Shown here: piece after piece, positions 39,586-50,396 of the stretch
Layout: every line of letters begins with the position of its first letter
Position numbering within the stretch: the first letter of the stretch is position 1
NCBI GenBank assembly: GCA_963778155.1
Contig: CAVZTK010000021.1
Coordinates: 392,245-456,244 of the forward strand
Reading direction: 5' to 3'
DNA length: 64,000 bases
Origin: an uncultured Chloroflexia bacterium
GTDB lineage: Bacteria > Chloroflexota > Limnocylindria > Limnocylindrales > CSP1-4
Program-made: the position numbers and the translations under genes
The notes under the pieces: model-generated
The model's database searches: none
Seen by the model: the letters and a program-made list of their open reading frames with translations, nothing else
What the model was told of the DNA's origin: nothing

Positions 39586-40044
39586 TCAGCAGCAGGAAGC
39601 CGACGAACGAGACAGCGCGACCGCGATGGTCCGGTCCGGACCGCCCGCCGATCGCAGCACGAGCGAGACCAGGAGGAGCACGAGGGTCACGACCATCAGC
39701 GTCGCGTGCGTCGTCGCTCGCGTTCGGGCGGTGCCGTCGGTGTCGGTGTAGTCCGCGAAGCCGGCTACGGCCGCACCCAGCATGAACAGGATCGTCGCGA
39801 CGAGCGCGATGTCGCGGCCGCGGCGTTCTGGCCGAGGACGTCGAGGATCACGGTCAACAGCAGCGCGCCGATGGGGAGGTCCGTGACGGCGGCATGGACG
39901 GGGTGGCCCAGCCACGTGCCGTTCAGGAAGTCCTTGACCGGCCGGATCGGGCGGAACAGGGCGTTCAGCCAGCGATGGTTGAAGTCGCCGAACGGTCGCG
40001 CCCAACCATCCTGTGCGGCTATCAGCCGAGCGATCAGGCGACCC
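39586..40044 (-). CDS. DUF2231-like membrane protein, with a frameshift near 39800
   Basis: MGRLIARLIAAQDGWARPFGDFNHRWLNALFRPIRPVKDFLNGTWLGHPVHAAVTDLPIGALLLTVILDVL (39765 frame) continues as ..IALVATILFMLGAAVAGFADYTDTDGTARTRATTHATLMVVTLVLLLVSLVLR.. (39586 frame). Confidence 0.55.
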   Translation of the reverse strand, partial: GSPDRSADSRTGWLGATVRRLQPSLAERPVPPDPAGQGLPERHVAGPPRPCRRHGPPHRRAAVDRDPRRPRPERRGRDIALVATILFMLGAAVAGFADYTDTDGTARTRATTHATLMVVTLVLLLVSLVLRSAGGPDRTIAVALSRSSASCC

Positions 40045-40414
40045 ATCCGACACCTCCCCGGCGAGTGTATCCACAGACCGTCCACATCGCCCACAAGTTC
40101 GGGGATAACTTGCGGCGTTCCCATCGCACATTCGTGGACAAGCCGGTTGTGGCCTCGTGTGCCCGGGCCGTACATTTCGTCTTGCCCGAAGGGGCAGGTT
40201 GAACCGCCAGACCGGTTCGAGGAGTGATCCTCGGGACGGTCCCGGGAACCAGGTTCGCAGGTCGCAAGGCCGGCGAGCGAGGGACCCGGCGACGACCAGG
40301 GACTGCGGACTTGTTCGCAGCTTCAGGACCCGTCGAACGGAGGTCCCCACCAGTTCCTTCGGGCGCTTTCGTGTGTCCGGGACGCCCGCGACCGCCATCC
40401 GCTAGGCTCCGAAC

Positions 40415-41719
40415 GTGCCCGCCACCGAGTCGCCCGCGCCCGATCCGACCCTGGCCCGCGCCCCTGTTCGCCCCGCCCAGGACTGGCGGATCCTCGTCGC
40501 CGTCTTCTGGGTGACCTCGATGGTCGAGGGTCTTGGCGTCAGCCAGATCTTCGCGCTGCTGCCGACCTACCTGCGCCAGATGGGCGTCCCCGACAGCCAG
40601 CGTCTCGCGTTCGTCGGGATCTTCAGCGCCCTCGTGTTCGTGGTCGGCATGCCGCTGGTCCCGCTGTGGGGCGCCTGGGCCGACAAGTACAGCCGCAAGG
40701 TCGTCATCGTCCGGAGCGCGCTGGTCGAGGCGGTCGTGTTCGCGGCCGTCGCCCTCGCCCGCGAGCCGTGGCAGGTGGCGCTGGCGATGCTGCTCATCGG
40801 CTTCCAGCTCGGGAACACGGGCGTCATGCTCGGCGGGATCCGTGACGTGACGCCGCGCGTTCGGATGGGGACGACCATCGCGATCTTCGGGATGTCGGGT
40901 GCGGTGGGCTTCGCGGTCGGGCCGGCGCTGGCCGGGATCCTCATCGACGGCTTCGGGTGGTCGCTGCCGGCCGTCTTCGGCCTGTCGTCGGTGTTCTCGA
41001 TCGGGACCGCTTTGCTCGTCACCTTCGGCTCGCGCGAGGTCCGGCCAGAGGTCGTGCCGACCGGCCGGATCGTCGACCTCGCGTTCGCCAACCTGCGTGG
41101 TGTGCTGACCGACCGCGCCACCCGCCGGATCTTCACGATCTTCGGGATCTCGTACGTCGCCATCCAGATGAGCCGGCCGTACATCCCGGTCCTCGTCGAG
41201 CGCATCGCCGGTCCCGGGCCCGGCCTGGCCTCGGCGATCGCCCTCGTCGCCGGGACCGCGGCGCTCGTCGGGGCGCTGGTGTCGCCGGTCGGTGGCGTGA
41301 TCGGCGACCGGATCGGCTTCCGGCCGGTGCTCATCGCAGCCCTGGCCGGGGCGGGCGTCGTGGTCATCCTGATGCCGGTCGTGCCGTCGATCGCGAGCCT
41401 CGCCCTGCTCGCCGTCGTCCTGGGCGCGTCGACCGCCACGGTCAGCTCGATGATCTTCGGGCTGCTCGCCACCGAGCTGCCGGCCGACCGGCGCTCGGCC
41501 GCCCTCAACCTTGTCTACCTGCCCCTCTATGCCGCGGGCATCGTGGGGCCGGCCGCCGGTGCGCTTGTCGTGTCGGTCGGTGGCATCGGCGGGCTGTTCG
41601 CTGTGGCCGGCGCCATCTTCTTCTTCGGCGCGCTGACGATCCTGTCGCGCGTCGGTCCGGCGACCGGCCCCGAGGAGGTCAGTCCGGCGGATCGCCCGCC
41701 GACTCCCGTCCAGTTCTGA
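40415..41719 (+). CDS. MFS transporter (12 TMS)
   Basis: Intact 434-aa ORF with MFS topology (..ILVAVFWVTSMVEGLGVSQIFALLPTYLRQMG..). Confidence 0.85.
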   Translation: MPATESPAPDPTLARAPVRPAQDWRILVAVFWVTSMVEGLGVSQIFALLPTYLRQMGVPDSQRLAFVGIFSALVFVVGMPLVPLWGAWADKYSRKVVIVRSALVEAVVFAAVALAREPWQVALAMLLIGFQLGNTGVMLGGIRDVTPRVRMGTTIAIFGMSGAVGFAVGPALAGILIDGFGWSLPAVFGLSSVFSIGTALLVTFGSREVRPEVVPTGRIVDLAFANLRGVLTDRATRRIFTIFGISYVAIQMSRPYIPVLVERIAGPGPGLASAIALVAGTAALVGALVSPVGGVIGDRIGFRPVLIAALAGAGVVVILMPVVPSIASLALLAVVLGASTATVSSMIFGLLATELPADRRSAALNLVYLPLYAAGIVGPAAGALVVSVGGIGGLFAVAGAIFFFGALTILSRVGPATGPEEVSPADRPPTPVQF

Positions 41720-41784
41720 CCGACCGGCCCGGTCGGCCCGCGCAGGGCCGTCAGCCGGTCGCCTCCTTCCGGCGGCGCGGCTGG

Positions 41785-42702
41785 CTATAGGGCCGGGTCG
41801 ATCGCGCGGGCTGGGCCGATCGCACGGGCGGGGTCGGGCTGGCCGGGCACCTGGTCGGGCTGGCGCAGGATGATCACCGCGAGCAACATGGTCAGCCCGC
41901 CGTACCACAGGGCGGGCAGGGCCAGCATGCAGGCAACGGGGACCGTCCAGCGGCGATCGGTCCGGGCGCCCCACACGACGACGGCCACCGCGACCGGCAA
42001 CCGGACCATCAGGGGGATGGGCACGGCCGCCCAGGTCGGGTCCCGGCCCGCGATGGACGACAGGACGCGGAGCCATTCGAGCCATGCGCCCGGCATGATC
42101 GCCGCCGAGATGGCGATGATCGCCGCCGTCGCCCCGAGCGCGATCCCCAGGTTCCGCCACTCGCGCCGGACCGCGAACCAGAGGAGTCCGATGCCGGGCG
42201 TCACCTTGGTCAGGAGGATGAGTGCCCACGCCCCGGGCCAGCGGAACCCGACGACGATCGCCGTCGCCAGCAGCAGGGAGATGTTGCCGCCGGCCATCTC
42301 TGCGCTCGCGAGGAGCACGCCGATGGCGAACAGACGCGGCCCCGTCAGATAGCGGACCGCCATCAGCAGCATGGCCGTCCAGACCCCGAGGAACGCGACC
42401 CACGGCAGGGCCTTGAGTGGCGCGATCACCTGCAGGAAGGCAGGCGAGTAGACGTAGGCGCCGGTCGTCGTCCAGTCGGCCTGGGCATACATCGCATCGA
42501 GCCGCGGGCCCCAGTAGGAGATCGCCTCCTGGCCGGTCCCCAGGCGATCCCCGTCGGGTTGGGCGAGCAGGACGATCGCCAGCCAGACGACGCCCGCGAC
42601 GAGCAGACCCGCGATCGGCAGGTCCTGCAGGCGGCGTCTCAGAAAGGCCGGCCAGATCGGTCGGCTCCGTCCGAGGTCGACGTACGTGGACAGGTCGGTC
42701 AT
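41785..42702 (-). CDS. DUF2029 / GT87-like integral membrane glycosyltransferase-family protein
   Basis: Intact 305-aa polytopic membrane ORF resembling the DUF2029 mannosyltransferase-like family. Confidence 0.65.
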   Translation of the reverse strand: MTDLSTYVDLGRSRPIWPAFLRRRLQDLPIAGLLVAGVVWLAIVLLAQPDGDRLGTGQEAISYWGPRLDAMYAQADWTTTGAYVYSPAFLQVIAPLKALPWVAFLGVWTAMLLMAVRYLTGPRLFAIGVLLASAEMAGGNISLLLATAIVVGFRWPGAWALILLTKVTPGIGLLWFAVRREWRNLGIALGATAAIIAISAAIMPGAWLEWLRVLSSIAGRDPTWAAVPIPLMVRLPVAVAVVVWGARTDRRWTVPVACMLALPALWYGGLTMLLAVIILRQPDQVPGQPDPARAIGPARAIDPAL

Positions 42703-42775
42703 GTACCGGGACAGGATGGCCAGGGCTTGGGCAACGGTGTCATCCTTCTTCGCGGCGACGCCGCTGATTTGGGGG

Positions 42776-43925
42776 TCAGGCGGGGAGGTCGCGCTCGGCC
42801 GGCCCGATGTAGTTGACGTCCGGCCTGATCAGTCGGTTGTCGGCGGCTTGCTCAAGGACGTGGGCAGTCCACCCGGCATGGCGGGACAGCGAGAACGCGG
42901 CGGGGAACAGGTCTGGCGCGAGCCCGACACCCATCAGCACCGGCGCGGCGTAGAACTCGACGTTGGTCTTGAGCGGCCGCTCCGGGTGCTTCTCGGCCAG
43001 CACGCGCAGGGCGACGTCCTCGATCTGGATCGCCTTCTCGAGCCAGTCCGGCCGGTGCTCCATCCCCTCGGCCACGGTGCGGAGCGCGGCGGCGCGCGGG
43101 TCGTAGGCCCGGTAGACCCGATGCCCGAAGCCCATCAGCCGCTCGCCGCGGTCGAGCGCGCCGCGGACCCACTCCTCGGCGTGGTCGGCGGAGCTCACCT
43201 GGGACAGCTGGTCGACGACCTCGGACGGGGCACCGCCGTGGAGCGGGCCTTTCATCGTCGCCGATGGCGGCCGTCACCGCGGACGCGATGTCCGAGCGGG
43301 TCGAGGTCACGACACGGGCGGTGAACGTCGAGGCGTTGAAGCTGTGCTCGGCACCGACGATGAAGTACGCATCGAGCGCCCGGGCCGTGCCGGCGTCCGG
43401 CCGCTCGCCGTTGAGCTGGTAGAGGAATCCCTCGACCAGGTCGAGCGACGGGTCCGGCTCGATCGGCTCCTTGCCGGCGCGCAGCCGGGCGAAGGCCGCC
43501 AACGCGGACGGCGAGAATGAGGTCAGCGCCCGGGCGTGCTCGATGGTCGGGGGCCACGGCAGGTCCTGGGTCGTGCCCCAGCCCGACACGGCGGTCCGCA
43601 GCGCGTCCATCGGCTTGGTCGACGCGGGCAGCGCACGCAGGATGGTCATCACGGCCGGCGGGACGGCTGCCGTTGCGAGCCGGTGACTCGGGTCCCACTC
43701 GCCAGTCCACAGAAGGTTGGCGACCGCCGGATAGGTGCCGTGCGCGACGAGGTCGCCGATGCGATAGCCGCGATACAGCAGCCGCCCGCGCTCGCCGTCG
43801 ACCAGACTGAGGCTCGTCTCGCCCGCAACGACGCCCATCAGGCCGGGCGAGAAAGGACGCGTCGCGGTGGCGGTGTCGGCGGGCGGGGTCGCGGCCGGGG
43901 CGTCGGCGGGTGGGGAATCGGTCAT
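42776..43925 (-). CDS. citrate synthase (citrate/2-methylcitrate synthase family), with a frameshift near 43255
   Basis: N-terminal part in the 42852 frame (..LLYRGYRIGDLVAHGTYPAVANLLWTG...YFIVGAEHSFNASTFTARVVTSTRSDIASAVTAAIG) and C-terminal part in the 42776 frame (..TMKGPLHGGAPSEV...ERLMGFGHRVYRAYDPRA...VEFYAAPVLMGVGL..). Confidence 0.85.
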
Positions 43926-43947
43926 GGGTCGATGGTAGTCCCGAGCG

Positions 43948-44205
43948 TCAGCGACCGCTCAGCGCGTCGAGGACGAGCCGGACGACCACCGAGCCGCCGA
44001 CGGCGACGACGACCGCGGCGATGAAGCCCTGGACGTCGGTGAAGCCCATGGCGTTCGCGAGCCAGCCTCCGACCAGTCCGCCGAGGATGCCGATGACGAT
44101 GTTCGGCAGGCAACCGCGGGCGGTCTTTGCGCCGATGAGCGCTCCGGAGATCGCGCCGGCCAGAAAGCCGACGACGATCCAGCCGATCGGGTTCATCTCG
44201 AGCAT
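43948..44205 (-). CDS. GlsB/YeaQ/YmgE family stress-response membrane protein
   Basis: 85 aa: MLEMNPIGWIVVGFLAGAISGALIGAKTARGCLPNIVIGILGGLVGGWLANAMGF.. (transglycosylase-associated protein family). Confidence 0.8.
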   Translation of the reverse strand: MLEMNPIGWIVVGFLAGAISGALIGAKTARGCLPNIVIGILGGLVGGWLANAMGFTDVQGFIAAVVVAVGGSVVVRLVLDALSGR

Positions 44206-44283
44206 GGGTCGGAGTCTGACATCTCGGCGCGGGTGGGGCCTCGACGGCGGGCGGTGCGCGGGCCGCGGCCGCCGCCGGCGGGC

Positions 44284-45097
44284 TCAGGCGAGGAACGACT
44301 CGACGGCCTCGACGACGACGTCGGGATGCGTGTGGTGGGCCGCATGGCGGGCGCCGTCGACGACCACGATGCGGCCGTCCGCCAGCCGCTCATCGAGCGA
44401 CAGGGTCGCGTCGCGGAAGACCGGCAGGCTCTCGCCACCGAGCAGCTGCAGGACCGGCTGCCGGACGGCGCCGAGACGGTCGAGCGAGGCGGCCGGGTCG
44501 GCTTCCGCCTCGAGCTCGCGGAGGATCGTGCCGGCAGCCGCGGCGCGGAGAGGCCAGACCGGGTTCGCCCGGTATGCCGCCAGGTCGGCCGAGGACATGC
44601 CGACCACCTCGGCCAGGAAGAGCGCGAGCGCCCCGTCCCGATCGCCCGCGGCCAGCCGCTCACGGAGGCGCGCCTCGATGCCGGCCGGGTGATAGCTCGA
44701 GCCGGGCGGCGTCGGCGCCCCCTCGTACGACACGACCCGCCGGATCGTGTCGGTCAGCAGGGCGGCTCCCAGCGCGCAGCGGCCACCGTACGAGTGCCCG
44801 AACACGTCGACGGACGCGCCCGGCTCGGCCGCCACCGACTCCGCCACGGCCGCCACGTCCTCGAACTCTCGCTCGATCGCGTAGTCCGGCGGCGTCGCCC
44901 GATGCACCCCGCCCACGACGATCGATGGCGTGGACCCGGAACCGCTGCGCGAACCGCGGCCCGACGACGCGGAACGTCGTGTGGTCGGCAGTCGACCCGT
45001 GGACGAGGACGAGCGGCGGCCCGTCGCCGCTGCTGAAGACCGCGATCGGCGTCCCGTCGCGCGACCGGACCACGGACGATGGCGCCGCGTCGATCAT
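44284..45097 (-). CDS. alpha/beta-fold hydrolase, with a frameshift near 44920
   Basis: MIDAAPSSVVRSRDGTPIAVFSSGDGPPLVLVHGSTADHTTFRVVGP.. (44660 frame) continues as ..VDVFGHSYGGRCALGAALL.. (GxSxG nucleophile elbow) ..GARHAAHHTHPDVVVEAVESFLA* (44284 frame). Confidence 0.7.
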
Positions 45098-45591
45098 CGC
45101 TCGGGACGCCAGGCATAGAGGATGTCGGGCTGGCCTTCGTCGTTGCCCGATCCGTCGCCGGTCGCGACGATCACGAACCCGCGGTGCTCGTAGAACGTGC
45201 GGGCTCGTCCGTTGGCCTGGAAGCAGTACAGGTCCAGGCCTGCGGGTCGGCGTTCCTTGGCGACTTCCATCAGGCGCCCGCCGATCCCGTGCCCGATCCA
45301 GTCCGGCGCGACGTACAGCTGGTCGACCATCGACTCGGACAGCGCCATGAAGGCGATGATCCGGCCGCCGGCGTCGGTGGCGACCCACGTCTCGTGCGTC
45401 GGGAGCATCACCTCGGCCATCCACAGACGGACGTCGTCGTCGGGATGGCTCGGCGGGAAGTCGAACGTCGCTCGCCACGCCGCCAGCCACACGTCGCCGA
45501 GCATCGGGCCGTCGGCCGGACCCGCGCGCCGGATCGTGAACTCCGGCAGGCGAGCGGGCGGTTCGGTTTCGGTGCTGGGCGGCTCGGCCAT
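45094..45591 (-). CDS. GNAT family N-acetyltransferase
   Basis: MAEPPSTE...RRAGPADGPMLGDVWLAAW...QLYVAPDWIGHGIGGRLME.. The ORF track extends it to 45636. Confidence 0.8.
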   Translation of the reverse strand: MAEPPSTETEPPARLPEFTIRRAGPADGPMLGDVWLAAWRATFDFPPSHPDDDVRLWMAEVMLPTHETWVATDAGGRIIAFMALSESMVDQLYVAPDWIGHGIGGRLMEVAKERRPAGLDLYCFQANGRARTFYEHRGFVIVATGDGSGNDEGQPDILYAWRPER

Positions 45592-45598
45592 CACCGGA

Positions 45599-46405
45599 TC
45601 ACCGACCCGGCAACCTGCCGGCCGCAGCCTCGTCAAGGATCCACGTCACGCCCGATCGTCGAGCGAGCTGCGCCGGCCACCGGCGCGGGTCGACCTCCGG
45701 CCCGAACACGGTCGCGACCGCGTCCGCCTTCTCGGCGCCCGACACGACCATCAGGACGGACCGGGCGGCCCCGACGATCGCGGGGTTCAGGGTGACCCGC
45801 TCGACGTGCGGCTCGATGTGCGTCGGCGCCGGGATCCCGAGCGCCAGCTCGCTGGAATCGAGCGCCGGCGAGCCCGGGAAGACCGACAGGAGGTGTCCGT
45901 CCGGGCCGACACCGAGCAACAACATATCGAACGACGGCCAGCCGTCGACCGATGGCAGGTCGGCCGCGCGGAGCTCGTCCGCCAGCGTCGCCGCGCACCA
46001 GGCGGTCCCGCCGCCGTTACCGATCGCCTCGCCGGTCGGGAACGGGTGGACCTGCTCGACCGGGATCGGCACGCCACGGCCCGGACCACCGGCCGTCCCT
46101 TCCTCCATGTCGGAGAAGTCGAGCATCACGTCGTCGAAGGCTTTGACGTTGGAGAACGGGTGGTCGTGCGGAACGAAGCGGTCGTCGCCCCACCACACGT
46201 GCACGTTGGCCCAGTCCACCGCGTCGCGGAGAGGCGGCGCGACCAGCTGCCGGTAGATCCCGACCGGTGTCGAGCCGCCGGTGGTCGCCCAGTCGGCGCG
46301 GCCGCGGGCCACGATCGCGCCGTCGAGCGCCGCCACGATCCGTCCGGCCGCCTCCGTCGCGAGGGCTGCCGGGTCGGCGACGACGACGATCTCGGGTTCC
46401 GTCAC
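45599..46405 (-). CDS. pgl: 6-phosphogluconolactonase
   Basis: Intact 268-aa ORF (..WATTGGSTPVGIYRQL...VHVWWGDDRFVP..GVGPDGHLLSVFPGS..). Confidence 0.85.
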   Translation of the reverse strand: MTEPEIVVVADPAALATEAAGRIVAALDGAIVARGRADWATTGGSTPVGIYRQLVAPPLRDAVDWANVHVWWGDDRFVPHDHPFSNVKAFDDVMLDFSDMEEGTAGGPGRGVPIPVEQVHPFPTGEAIGNGGGTAWCAATLADELRAADLPSVDGWPSFDMLLLGVGPDGHLLSVFPGSPALDSSELALGIPAPTHIEPHVERVTLNPAIVGAARSVLMVVSGAEKADAVATVFGPEVDPRRWPAQLARRSGVTWILDEAAAGRLPGR

Positions 46406-47736
46406 CTCGGCCTGCCGTTCGTGTGGCCGGTCCCGTCGGCCGCGTCATCGTCCACGCCACCACCGCCGCCGTTGCCCGCGCCGACGATGCGCGCCGCAGA
46501 CCGCAGCGCCCCGACCGCCACCGGGTCGCGCCCCCCGGATTCGATCGCCTCGGCGAGCAGCTCCACCTCGGTGCGGCGAGGGGCCCGGAACGACCGGTCG
46601 AGCGCCTCGACCCCATCGAGCCAGACGCGGACGTGGACCGTCTCGGCCTCGGCGGTCACATCGGCCCGCAGCTCGGATCCGCGCCGCTCGGCCAGCAGCT
46701 CGACCCGGAGCGTGGTCCCGGGCGGCGTGCTCGACACGACCGGGCGGACGACGACACCGACCTCGGCGCGGCCATCGGACAAGGTCGCCGCGAGGCCGCG
46801 CGCGATGACCGGCTTGGTCCCGGCCGCACCCGGCCGAGCCCCGCGGGCCGATGCAGGGCTCGTCGCCCGTCCGCGGCCGCCCGCCTCGGCCAGGGGCTTG
46901 ACCACCGAAAGGTCGAGTCGCGATGCGAGCCAGCCGACGTGGTAGATCGGCTTCACGAGGTTGGTCGACCCCGGCGCCCCGGTCTCGTCGTGCGTGCCGT
47001 AGGTCACCGCGATCCGGCGCAGCGAGCGCAGGTAGGGCAGGAAGTCCGGATCGTCGAAGATCGACGCGATGGCCTCGCGCCAGCGTGATTGGCGGATGAG
47101 CGCGAAGTCGCTGACCGCGATCGTCGTGCCGTCGGCCAGCTCGGCCATGTCGCGCAACCGGGTCAGACCGTCGCCGCTCCACGACGAGCCGTCGACGATG
47201 AGTCGATCGGCTCCCGTCAGCAGGTCGACAGCGGCGCGCTCGCGGAACGGCGGTTCACCCGGCCACCAGATGGTGACCGGCAGGTCGTGGACGACGAGCG
47301 GCGTGGCGATCGCGGACAGGTGGCGGCCGGCCTCGCCGCCGCAGGTCACGTGGATGGTCTCGGCACAGGTCTCCGGGGCGTCCGGTCGCGGCAGCACGCA
47401 GTGCGCCTCGACCCGGGCGTCGAGCCACGACGGTCCGTCAGGATCGGCGGACTGGATGACGATCGTCCGCGACGGGTGCCGTCCGGTGAGCATCTGCATC
47501 GTCGCCGCGCAGCGCTCGGAGTACTCGGGCCGGCGGGCGACGACGACCAGGTTCATGACGCTCGTGCGCGCCGCGATGCGGCGGGCCGGCTCACCGTCCT
47601 CGGTGACGGTCAGGTCCTGTGACGCCCAGATGCGGGCGAGCGCGCTGTCGATCTCGTCGATCGAGTGCGCGCGTTCGCGCCAGCGCAGGACGGGCTCGCC
47701 GTACAGGGTGGTCGCCTCGGGGACGTCGATCGCCAT
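46402..47736 (-). CDS. opcA: glucose-6-phosphate dehydrogenase assembly protein OpcA
   Basis: 444-aa ORF between zwf and pgl with OpcA N- and C-terminal domains; the position is canonical for actinobacteria. Confidence 0.8.
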   Translation of the reverse strand: MAIDVPEATTLYGEPVLRWRERAHSIDEIDSALARIWASQDLTVTEDGEPARRIAARTSVMNLVVVARRPEYSERCAATMQMLTGRHPSRTIVIQSADPDGPSWLDARVEAHCVLPRPDAPETCAETIHVTCGGEAGRHLSAIATPLVVHDLPVTIWWPGEPPFRERAAVDLLTGADRLIVDGSSWSGDGLTRLRDMAELADGTTIAVSDFALIRQSRWREAIASIFDDPDFLPYLRSLRRIAVTYGTHDETGAPGSTNLVKPIYHVGWLASRLDLSVVKPLAEAGGRGRATSPASARGARPGAAGTKPVIARGLAATLSDGRAEVGVVVRPVVSSTPPGTTLRVELLAERRGSELRADVTAEAETVHVRVWLDGVEALDRSFRAPRRTEVELLAEAIESGGRDPVAVGALRSAARIVGAGNGGGGGVDDDAADGTGHTNGRPR

Positions 47737-47749
47737 CGATGCCGTCCGG

Positions 47750-49484
47750 CTAGATCCGACGCCAGTGGCGGCCGTCGCGGTTGATCAGCTCGTCGGCCTC
47801 CGGGGGTCCCCAGGATCCGGCGTCGTAGTTGGGGAACTCCGGTGGCGGGCCCGACGCCCATGCGTCGATGATCGGGTCGACGATGCTCCACGCCTCCTCG
47901 ACCTCGTCGGCGCGGGTGAACAGCGAGGCGTCGCCCTGGAGGGCGTCGAGGATCAGGGTCTCGTACGCATCCGGCGAGTCGACGTTGAAGGCCGAGCCGT
48001 AGGTGAAGTCCATCGTCACCGACCGGACGTCGAGCCCGAGGCCCGGGACCTTGGCCCCGAACCGCAGCATGATCCCCTCGTCGGGCTGGATCCGGATGGC
48101 GAGCAGGTTCGCGTCGGGCTCGACCCCCTTGTCCTTGAACAGGCGATGGGGGACCTCGCGGTACTGGATGGCGATCTCGGTCGCCCGCTTGGGCAATCGC
48201 TTCCCGGTCCGGACGTAGAACGGGACACCCGACCAGCGCCAGTCGTCGATCAGCAACCGGGCGGCCACGAACGTCTCGGTCTCCGACAGCGGGTCGACGT
48301 CGGCCTCTTCGCGGTAGCCCTCGACCTGGGTCGCGGCGACCCAGCCGGGGCCGTACTGGCCGCGCACGACGTGACGGTGGATGTCCGGCCGGGTCATCTC
48401 GATGGCCCGCAGGACCTTGACCTTCTCGTCGCGAAGGGCGTCCGCCTCGAACGTCGCCGGCGGCTCCATGGCGACCAGGCTGACCAGCTGGAGCAGGTGG
48501 TTCTGGACGACGTCGCGCGACGCCCCGGTCTGCTCGTAGAAGGCGCCGCGACTCTCGATGCCGATCGTCTCGGCCACGGTGATCTGCACGTGGTCGACGT
48601 AGCGGCGGTTCCACAGCGGCTCGAAGATGCCGTTGCCGAACCGGAAGACCATCAGGTTGCGGACGGTCTCCTTGCCCAGGTAGTGGTCGATGCGGTAGAC
48701 CTGCGACTCGCGGAAGACCTTGCCGACCTCGCGGTTGAGCTTCTTCGCCGATTCGAGGTCGTGCCCGAACGGCTTCTCGATGACGACCCGGCGCCAGCCG
48801 CCGTCGTGGTGCTCGTGATCCAGCCCGACCCGGCCGAGCTGGCCGACGATCTCGGCGAACTGCGACGGCTGGGTGGCGAGGTAGAACAGCCTGTTGCCGC
48901 GCGTGCCGTGCTCCTTGTCGAGCACGTCAAGCTCGCGCGGCCAGCTCGTCGAACCCGGCCGCGTCGTCGAAGTCGAGGCGCCGGTAGCAGATGGTGTCGG
49001 TGAACGTCCTGCACGCCGCGTCGTCGAGTGGCAGGACCCGGCTGTACTTCTCGAGCGAGGCGCGGATCTCGGCCCGGAACGACTCGTCGTCGTACGGCCG
49101 CCGGCCGATGGCCACGAGCACGAACTCGAGCGGCAGCAGGTTCGTCCGCCACAGCTGGTAGAGCGCCGGGATGACCTTGCGATGGGCCAGGTCGCCGGTC
49201 GCCCCGAACAGCACCAGCATCGATGGGTCCGGGACGCGCTCGAGGCGCAGGCCCTCGCGCAGGACGTTCTCGATCGGGCGAGATCGCGACGGCCGCTTGC
49301 CCTCGCGTGCGAGCCGAAGCTCGCGCATGGTCCGCGGGGCGTCCTTCGGCCGTGGTGATGGCTGGGCCGGGATCGGCTGGTCGGCCGGCGCCTCGAGCGT
49401 GGGGTCGGCCGGGTCGACGGGGTGAGCCGGACTTGCCGGCGCCTTCGCGGTCCGGGTCCTGGTCTTCGGAGGCGTCGCCGCCAT
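47750..49484 (-). CDS. zwf: glucose-6-phosphate 1-dehydrogenase Zwf, with a frameshift at about 48930
   Basis: N-terminus ..MLVLFGATGDLAHRKVIPALY...YRRLDFDDAAGFDELAAR (48927..49484 frame) continues as ELDVLDKEHGTRGNRLFYLATQPSQF...EKPFGHDL...RIDHYLGKE... (47750 frame). One extra base lies in a gcgcgcg run. Confidence 0.9.
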
Positions 49485-49491
49485 CGACCCG

Positions 49492-50391
49492 CTACTCGGT
49501 CTTGACTTCGTGGCCGCCGAACTCGTTCCGGAGCGCGGCGAGGACCTTGGCCCCGTACGAATCGTCCTGGCGCGACCGGAATCGGGTCAGCAGCGAGAGC
49601 GTGATGACCGGTGCCGGGACGTCGTGGTCGATCGCCTCCTGGACCGTCCAGCGGCCCTCCCCGGAGTCGGCCACGTAGCCCTTGATGTGCTCGAGGTCGT
49701 CACCACTCGAGCGGAACGCCCGACCGGCCAGCTCGAGCAGCCACGACCGGACGACCGAGCCCTGCATCCACAGGTCGGAGATGCCGGCGAGGTCGAGCGT
49801 GTAGTCGCTGGCGTGCAGGATCTCGAAGCCTTCCGCGTAGGCCTGCATCAGCCCGTACTCGATGCCGTTGTGGACCATCTTCACGTAGTGGCCGGCGCCC
49901 GGACCGCCGACATGCAGGTAGCCGTTCGGCGGGGCGAGCGTGGTGAACACCGGGACGAGCGGCTCGACCGCTGCGGCATCGCCACCGACCATCAGGCAGA
50001 AGCCGACCTGGAGGCCCCAGATGCCGCCCGACACCCCGGCGTCGACGTACTGGATCCCCTTCTGTGCGAGCTCCGCATGGCGCCGCACGTCGTCGTGGAA
50101 GTTGGTGTTGCCACCGTCGATGATCGTGTCGCCCGGCTCGAGGTGCTCGAGCAGCTCGGTGATCTGCGCCTCGGTCGCGTCGCCGGCCGGGACCATGATC
50201 CAGACCGAGCGCGGCTTCTCGAGCGCCGCCACCAGCTCGGCGATCGAGAACGACGCGGTGGCGCCCTCGCCCGCGATCTCCCTGGTCTTCTCGGGCGTCC
50301 GGTTGTAGGCGACGACCTCGTGGCCGTCGCGGACGAGCCGGCGGACCATGTTCGCCCCCATCCGGCCGAGGCCGATGAACCCGATGCGCAT
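49492..50391 (-). CDS. gnd: 6-phosphogluconate dehydrogenase (decarboxylating), short 299-aa form
   Basis: MRIGFIGLGRMGANMVRRL...IIDGGNTNFHDD...VDAGVSGGIWG.. Intact. Confidence 0.9.
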   Translation of the reverse strand: MRIGFIGLGRMGANMVRRLVRDGHEVVAYNRTPEKTREIAGEGATASFSIAELVAALEKPRSVWIMVPAGDATEAQITELLEHLEPGDTIIDGGNTNFHDDVRRHAELAQKGIQYVDAGVSGGIWGLQVGFCLMVGGDAAAVEPLVPVFTTLAPPNGYLHVGGPGAGHYVKMVHNGIEYGLMQAYAEGFEILHASDYTLDLAGISDLWMQGSVVRSWLLELAGRAFRSSGDDLEHIKGYVADSGEGRWTVQEAIDHDVPAPVITLSLLTRFRSRQDDSYGAKVLAALRNEFGGHEVKTE

Positions 50392-50396
50392 CTGCG

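Noticed and set aside
40034-42403. 789-aa minus-strand ORF
   Set aside because: Antisense to the intact MFS transporter (plus strand) and out of frame with the DUF2029 gene; low-complexity composition.
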